DNA of 64,000 bases, from positions 682,001 through 746,000 of the forward strand of contig CM035350.1 in NCBI GenBank assembly GCA_020137815.1. The letters are read 5' to 3'. The notes below the pieces were generated by a model. That model ran no database searches. It saw only the letters and a list, made by a program, of their open reading frames with translations, and was not told where the DNA came from. The position numbers were made by a program, and so were the translations under genes. This DNA is from Hormiphora californensis (Eukaryota > Animalia > Ctenophora). Position 1 is the first letter of the stretch; each line of letters begins with the position of its first letter. Positions 57,364-64,000 of the stretch are shown here, piece by piece.

Positions 57364-60300
57364 ACTCCATACCGTAAACAAATAGTGGGACTACATCTCC
57401 AAGTATCTTGTCACCCTTGTTTATCGCCATATCATGATGAATGTAGCACCTCATGTCCCTCCTCCCCAGTTCCATATCAGAGGGGGCTTTATCTAGCGTC
57501 GCCACTACCTTTTCCCCATCTTTCTCGGTTGAAATCTCTGAAATGAACGTATCATCAACTACTTCATTTTATCAAGCATTCAGTGATGCAATACTATAGT
57601 AAAGGTCCCACCTAAATTACTGTGACTTCCATCAACCTCCATGCCCAGTATAGCGTCCCCCAGATCATCACTATCAGCACCATCATGGGCTGTTATCTTA
57701 CTAAAACTGCATTTCACGCTATCCTGGGGGCCCCTCCTCGTTAGCAACGTCCCACACAAACTCAGTGCTGGGATAATCCACTCCTATAACAATGTGTAAT
57801 GTTAGATCTGGATCAGCGGTATTCTAAGAAGAGTTTGTCCGACCCTGACTTACTTGTCACAACAGCCTCAATAGTTTTTGGAAACGTTCTATCATTGATA
57901 GTGTACTGGCAGGTAGCAGAAAAACTTTCCTCAGCTTCCTCTTTAAGTACTGTCATTGACCTGTTTCCAAACTCATCCACATCTGGAAATTACCGGGGTA
58001 AGAACAGCTTGTCTAGCTGTTAGCAGCTTGTCCTAAGATATTGTGTAGTGTTGGCCACTTAACCTGATTGTCCTAAGATGTTGTATTGTCCTTACCTCCT
58101 TTGACTACCACGGCCGTGTTCGTATCCGCCTGAATATCTCCTGTTACCTTCATCGGAGTAGTAGTTACTTAGAACGCAAGTTAACTCTATATCTTCTCCC
58201 TTCTTCATAAATACCATCCCTCCCGCTCCGGGGCTCATTGTGACATCTGAATTAAAGAAAGTTTTTTGCGTTATTCTTTTAATCGATGCAATGGTTCTGC
58301 TGTCAGTTATTAAATGAATGATTTTTAAAAGATAAAGATCTGTCATTTTAAGCTGAAGTTTGACAACCATTCTGAAATATCGAATCTTTTCATTGAAAGC
58401 AATAAGTGGAGCACCTATCGAACCTTTGCTCTTAAGATTCTGACCAGTGACAGACTGCACAATGCATATTTATCCATTATCATTGCACTAACCTATTACA
58501 TGGATATGTAGTGGTTTGACAACTTGATTCATTTGATCATTCTCAGCTGTCATGTCGAACGTTATGTTCTCCCTCAGCCATCCCTGCTCAATGTGGAGCG
58601 TGTTCGTCTTCTGTCCGTCAGCGGAGAAGTCTGTCTCAGTCACGTGAGGGGGAGCTATGTTGGACCAACTGAGAGAGCAGGTACTGACTGCAACTGCATC
58701 ACACGAGAATTCGGAACCAGCCAGAACAGGGTCCTCCAAACTTCGAGTTAGCGTCACTTCGGGATTACCTAGGGAGGAATGACGGGAAATGCAAACACAT
58801 AGGCAGTGGTTGATAATGTATTGTGACTGTAAACAAATCTAAAGAATGCTTTAATTACTTGTTAGTAGATTGATAACAGCATAGTCCCTCTTATCATTTT
58901 GTTCCACTGTACACGTGTACACGTTTCCTTGGCCCAGTGCCAGCTTTAGGACGGTTACCATTCCCCTATTATCAGGTGTTGGAAGGTTGCTAGTATCACC
59001 TGTAACGAGGCTGCCCTTCCAATCTGTCCAGATGATCTGTGATCCATTGCCCACGTGCAGGAAGGTACACTGTAGTTGGTACCCCTCCTCGGAGTTAAAG
59101 TACAGGAAGGGGAAGATGGGTAATGACTTGTAGTATTTCTCATAGTCAGCCCCCTGAAGTAGAACAGAGGTTGTCTCTAGGGAGGCTGCTCTCCATGCTT
59201 CCTCACACTGTCCACCGTTGTTAGGCCTCACAAACACCACTAGGTCGTTACACATAAACACCGTAGAATCTCTGGAGAGTGGAGTAATTGTGTAGTGCTA
59301 ATAACAACTTTTATAACAAGAATAGTGAGTTATATTGAAGAGCTAATTCATGTACTTACGGTTGTATACGAATCCTCCACTGTTCAATCCCCTCTCCATC
59401 AGATCTAGGGGGACACTCTGTATACTCCACGCTAGCGCAGTTTGCCATCTTGATACTTCTATCATTGTGCCCCAGGATATCCAAGTTTAGAGTCAGAGAT
59501 TCACCCCCATCATTATAGAATTTAGCCACCAGAACCCGAGGAGTGCTGTTAGATATCTTGAGGATGAGATCGTTCTGTGCCGGTTGTATCAGTATGTTGG
59601 TATAGGGCCGCACTGGGCTCCACTGGACACCTCGTACTAGTGGTGGGACTAGAAGTTGTACTGCCACCAACCACCACATCACACTGCAACGTTGTCAAAT
59701 GAAGGGGGCCGACAATATATATTGAGGGTTAAACGAAAGTGAAGAATGAGACAGGATATAGTGCATCTGGCGGTTTCGTTACTATGACAACCACCACCGC
59801 GTAACTCCTCCCCCTCTTTGGGAGGCCGTTCTAATTGGACCCACTGTAACTCTCTGATCTGTCTCCTTCAGAGTATTAGCACGCCACTTAAACCAGTGTG
59901 TGTGACAGTGGATCCCAAGACAATGCACAACATCCCCCTGGAGAGAGATAAGAGTATGGACCCCAAATCTAACACCACGCCCAAGAAGGTAAGAGATATA
60001 TTGATATCACTTGGACATAGTGAAACTGTTCTAACCCACACACACACTCACCCTCACATATAGGCACGTCACATTAGACACCTGTTGGATACCACCACCC
60101 CCATACTACCCCTTCTGAGATCGGGGGAGCTGTTCAGTAGAACCACCAATCACCAATATCACAAATACAAGAGGAGGAGACGGAGCATCCTGGTGAGTCA
60201 TGGTTACCATGGTTACCATCATGGTTACCATCATGGTTACCATGGTTACATAATGAACACTTCACCCCTTCTTCTGCAGCATCCCCCACCTCCAACACAC

Positions 60301-63300
60301 GTCATGGGGTGTCTGCTGCAATAGGGCGAGGTCTTAAAAAGAATTGTGTAAACCGGTAAAATCGATAGCTACTTCCACAGAAACTTCTAAATGGTACACC
60401 ACGTCTAAATGAAACACCATTACATCATAGTTCATTCCAGTCATGTGAATTATGTCACTCAATCTACTTTCCTCCTCTATCCATGTCCTGACTCCTGTCC
60501 AGAATGTCCCCTGTCTATTGCTGAGTGAGACCCCAACCTTTGCAGGAGTACCCCAGTAAGATGAGGATGAAACCACTACAGACAGTCCATCCACTGCACG
60601 GGGATCTGTATGGTGAAAAGAAACCAAAGGTATATAGAGATTAGAAACACATGCTAGCTACTGACTAAACCAGTTGGATCCTAGAAATGATGGAAATCTT
60701 GTTGAGGCTCCAAGTTCTACTGCGATTATGCTACTGACTATGTAACTAATGTTCCTTCCTCTAACTGTCTGTATGCTGTAGGTAACGGACCCGTTCTTCA
60801 CCTTGTCATGCGAGGAGAACTACCAACCAAAGCCTACTTCCACAGAGACAGTTATCAACAAGAACAAATCAGGTACACTATACACCTCCTATACAAGATG
60901 AAATTAAAACAGCTCAAACCTAATTCAAACCGTCCGATAACCACGATCCCCATCCCTCCCTGACAGTTATTCAGCACAGTATCCCCGCTCTAAAGCTAAT
61001 TCTGGACTGGTTCCCTACCTATATGAAACCTGAGGAGCTACGTCGCCTCCACCGTCCCTACCTGAAACCTGTCAGAGTGGGTCCCCACTGCCAACCAGTC
61101 TTCAAAGCTGTATACTCTCTTGAGCGGTATATCAAGAAAAAGGAAAACGTAAGTGGGGAACAGCAATGACTGAATGCACTCGATTTATTGCCAGCAGCTG
61201 TAAGAAATAATTGAGGGGCTAATTGTGGTAACTATCATTTTCCTTCTTTCTATCACATGTGTGCAGGAGCGTGAAGCAGAGCGGCAGAAGTCAGGGGGTG
61301 GGCAGGTGTTCTATATGCGTGAGAGGGAGGATATCACTGGTAAAGATGGGAGGTTGGTATTGTTTGAGTTCTCTGAGGAGCACCCTCTCTTAATGAGCTG
61401 CATTGGCATGGCCAGTAGGTAGGTGTGCAGGTGGAATATAATTCTATCTTTATATATTCATTCTTCTTCGTTTCGTGAAATTCACTTCTCACCCACTACC
61501 AGGATAAAGAACTATAGTAAGAAGAATACGAATGGTGATCCGGCCAGTTCGGAGGGGCTAGTATACGGTGAACAAGTCTACTCCAGTAGTATCTACTTTC
61601 TTGGTAAACTACACCCCGGACAGGTCCTACAGGTACATCTTCTAGGTTAGATCATAGAGTGCCGGTGGTAGTTCCTTGTGGATTCCACCACTTAGCAGAA
61701 GAAGAAGTTGAGAACTTACTACAATCTATACTCTCCAACTTCTACTATAATAGTAGTCTAACCGGGGGGGGCTCAACACCTAACTGCATGACACTCATGA
61801 CTCTTAGCGGGGTGGTACCCCGGAGGGGTCCGACAGTTAGGCGCTTGCGCCTAACTGTCGATAATCTAATTAACTGGGTACCCTTTTAGATGATCTACAG
61901 TAAAAAATTAGCAAATTTACATCAATTTTAACATCGTATCAGCCAAAAATATCGCTTTGAGTGCAAAATTTACCCGGAAATCCAGTTTTGAAGCTTAGTC
62001 ATCAATTTTACACCCATTTGTGGCAGGGAAACACCGCATTATGAATACATTTAAGCAATAATTCTTGTTTAGGTTACTAGTGTATTATGACTGGTCACGT
62101 GATTCAGAACCAAGTAAGGTACCCGTTCTGGCCTCTGATTGGCTGTTGACTGCAGTCATGTGATGATCATTAACCTATGATATGACCATATATGGTTAAT
62201 ATGTGGTTCACATGATACGTTTGTTCCGCCGTTATTGGTTCTGGACCAAGTGAGGCACCCGTTCTGGCCTCTGATCGGCTTCTGATTGCAGAGTGCAGGC
62301 ACGGGATAACTCTGATTGGTTGTTCAGTGTTCACTGCAATCACGTGATGATCATGTGACCCATTCTATGACCATATATGGTCAACATATTGTTCACGTGA
62401 CCTAAAATACTGTACACAATATTGTATTTACACACTAACATTTGGAATTTGGATCAAAATTTGATTGAATTTGGGGTACCTACAGCATCTTAACAGTTAG
62501 ATGTAACGCCTAAGTGTTAATTGAATCAGACAAGGGTAGTACCTAGAGAAATTTGGGAATTTTATACAGTTAGAGTCATGAGTGTCATACAGTTAGGTGT
62601 TGAGCCCCCCCCGGTCTAACTGATGTTATTTGACCCCCACCCCCACTCCCAGATATTGGATAACAACATGTACCAGGCCCCTGTGTACCAGCACTCCCTG
62701 CCCCGTACTGACTTCATCCTGGCCCGTACCGCGGAGAGTTTCTACATCAGGATGACTGATGATATCTTCACTGTGGGGCAGCAGTTCCCTAAGATGGTGG
62801 TGCCAAGTCCAAACTCAAAACGGGCCAATCAGCACACACGAAACTTTCTACAGGTACAACAACTGCAGTGATACCCATTACCCAACTGAAACAACTGAAT
62901 TACGTAGCAGCAAATTACATGTTTTTTGTAACAAGTTTGTAACAAGTTGAACAACTGTTGTGTGGATCAGGGAGTAACCCGTAACCGGCCCTGTCATGGT
63001 GATCAGCTCATCCAGAGAAGTAAATAATTGGTTTTTATACTATCAATTACCCTCCCTCCCCCAGGTGTTCATATACCGGTTGTTTCTAGAGAGCACGGAT
63101 AGTCCTAAGCGTATCAAAATGGACAGCATCAAAGCAGCGTTCCCCGCATACTCAGAAAGTAGTATTCGGAAGAGGCTGAAGAATTGTGCGGACTTCAATA
63201 GGACGGGAAAGAAAGGTAATCTGAACTACATAATGGTATAAGCTACCTGTGGTTCAAATGAGTTGACAATTGTTCGAACATATAATCAACAATGGTGGGG

Positions 63301-63974
63301 TAATGAAAATAGTACTATAAATAGTGTTGAAAAGCATTGTATTATATTAGTTAAACTGTTTTCGCAACGACTTTGTTCGCATTAGATTTGCCACACCTTG
63401 GCGTCTTCTCTTCGAATAATGAATATTATTAAACTACTATGGTTATTTTTGGGGAGATCACCCCCATAACTGATATATGAGAACTCTCAGCTGGGATTAT
63501 TAAAACCTTGTTCAGGTAGTGATTGTGGGTGGTGGGTGTTGAAAAAGGAGTTCCGCCTGCCGAGTGAGGATGAGATTAGGAAGCTTGTTATTCCTGAGGA
63601 GTGTTGCGCCTTCTACAGTATGCAGTATGCAGAACAAAGACTAAAGGTATGGCCAGACGTGTTACTAATACCAGTAATTTATCAATGTATTTTTCAGAAG
63701 TTTTAAAGGCGAACCCAATCTTTAGACTTTAAAATCTCCTTCTCTCACCTAAACCCTAAAAACAACTATCTATGTAGCATGTTACTTGCCCCGTTGATGA
63801 GAGGTTTAACCATTATATTAACATTATATTAACAATCCTAGGATGCAGGGTACGGTAAGATGATCCGCAACCTGAGTGATGATGATGATGAAGATGACTC
63901 TGAAAAGATATTAGATGATGAAGTGAGGATAGCACCTTGGACCCTGACCCGGGCATTTACTAACGCTTTACATG
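47958..63974 (+). CDS. TAF1: TFIID subunit 1 (TAF1), 5' portion; continues beyond window
   Basis: Exons from 47958-48026 ([16 protein letters not shown]1), 51557-51748, 53515-54026 ([28 protein letters not shown]), 55822-, 56151-56255, 59872-, 60064-, 60782-, 60968- (IQHSIPA), 61267- ([16 protein letters not shown]), 61503-, 62653- ([11 protein letters not shown]), 63065- ([10 protein letters not shown]), 63516-, 63842-63974 ([13 protein letters not shown]). One frame break near 53845. Confidence 0.97.
48826..50524 (-). CDS. Intronless class A GPCR nested antisense in TAF1 intron 1
   Basis: TM1 LLGN, TM2 NLAATD, TM3 [13 protein letters not shown]6 [10 protein letters not shown]7 NFAGNPFIY; one extra base near 49925 splits the ORF; Ser/Pro/Thr-rich tail. 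Confidence 0.9.
48868..49203 (-). repeat. Coding 18-nt repeat ([12 protein letters not shown])x~18 in GPCR tail
   Basis: Plus-strand unit GAGTTAGTGAGGGGCTGT, in frame with the GPCR. Confidence 0.92.
51913..53215. mobile_element. Kolobok-like palindromic element (copy 2, 1303 bp) in TAF1 intron 2
   Basis: TTAA flanks, same termini and length as 5583-6885. Confidence 0.88.
54292..55562. mobile_element. Non-autonomous hAT-type element in TAF1 intron
   Basis: 8-bp TSD AAAAAGAT (54284-54291, 55563-55570), CAGGAAACGACCGAA...TTCGGTCGCTTCCTG TIR, (CCGAA)n subterminal arrays, internal duplicated and inverted modules. Confidence 0.88.
56425..59679 (-). CDS. Secreted multi-domain Ig-like/beta-sandwich protein nested antisense in a TAF1 intron
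   Basis: Signal peptide [17 protein letters not shown]; ~10 GT-AG exons (59679-59360, 59271-58859, 58768-58494, 58246-58097, 57982-57854, 57784-57612, 57537-57373, ~56975-56723, 56638-56534, 56432-56425); Ig-like LQCTF..IIW..LKL..YTCTV and ELTCVL motifs; all inside intron 56256-59871. Confidence 0.75.
61763..62613. mobile_element. MITE with C(G)n termini and 7-bp TSD in TAF1 intron
   Basis: TSD GTCTAAC (61756-61762, 62614-62620); TIR CGGGGGGGGCTCAACACCTAACTGCATGACACTCATGACTCT, related to 13648-14219. Confidence 0.85.
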
Positions 63975-64000
63975 GTATATCTTGGGATGTTTATAGTAAT

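Overview
Gene-dense, intron-rich eukaryotic (animal) genomic DNA with many (GA)n microsatellites, one 100-N gap and some poorly polished sequence; no prokaryotic or CRISPR content. Compact spacing, antisense genes nested in introns and AG acceptors just before start codons are suggestive of a ctenophore-like genome (inference only). Genes reconstructed by hand from GT-AG exons: 3' end of a type I membrane protein, a small secreted Cys-loop peptide, a Cys-less glutaredoxin-like protein, a BTB-BACK-Kelch protein, a prostanoid-receptor-like GPCR with two paralogous first exons, a stand-alone LINE ORF1p-like ORF, an eTudor-ARM-Schlafen(AlbA_2) fusion followed closely by ERI2 and TAF1, and a GPCR and an Ig-like gene nested antisense in TAF1 introns. 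Introns and intergenic DNA carry over a dozen non-autonomous TIR/foldback elements with TTAA, TA, 3, 7, 8 and 9 bp target duplications. Most notable: the Tudor-Schlafen/ERI2 pair (candidate small-RNA processing module), tandem arrays that multiply splice sites, variable first exons of a GPCR, and arm-to-arm homogenisation inside palindromic elements. Exon coordinates were counted by eye and may be off by a few bases.
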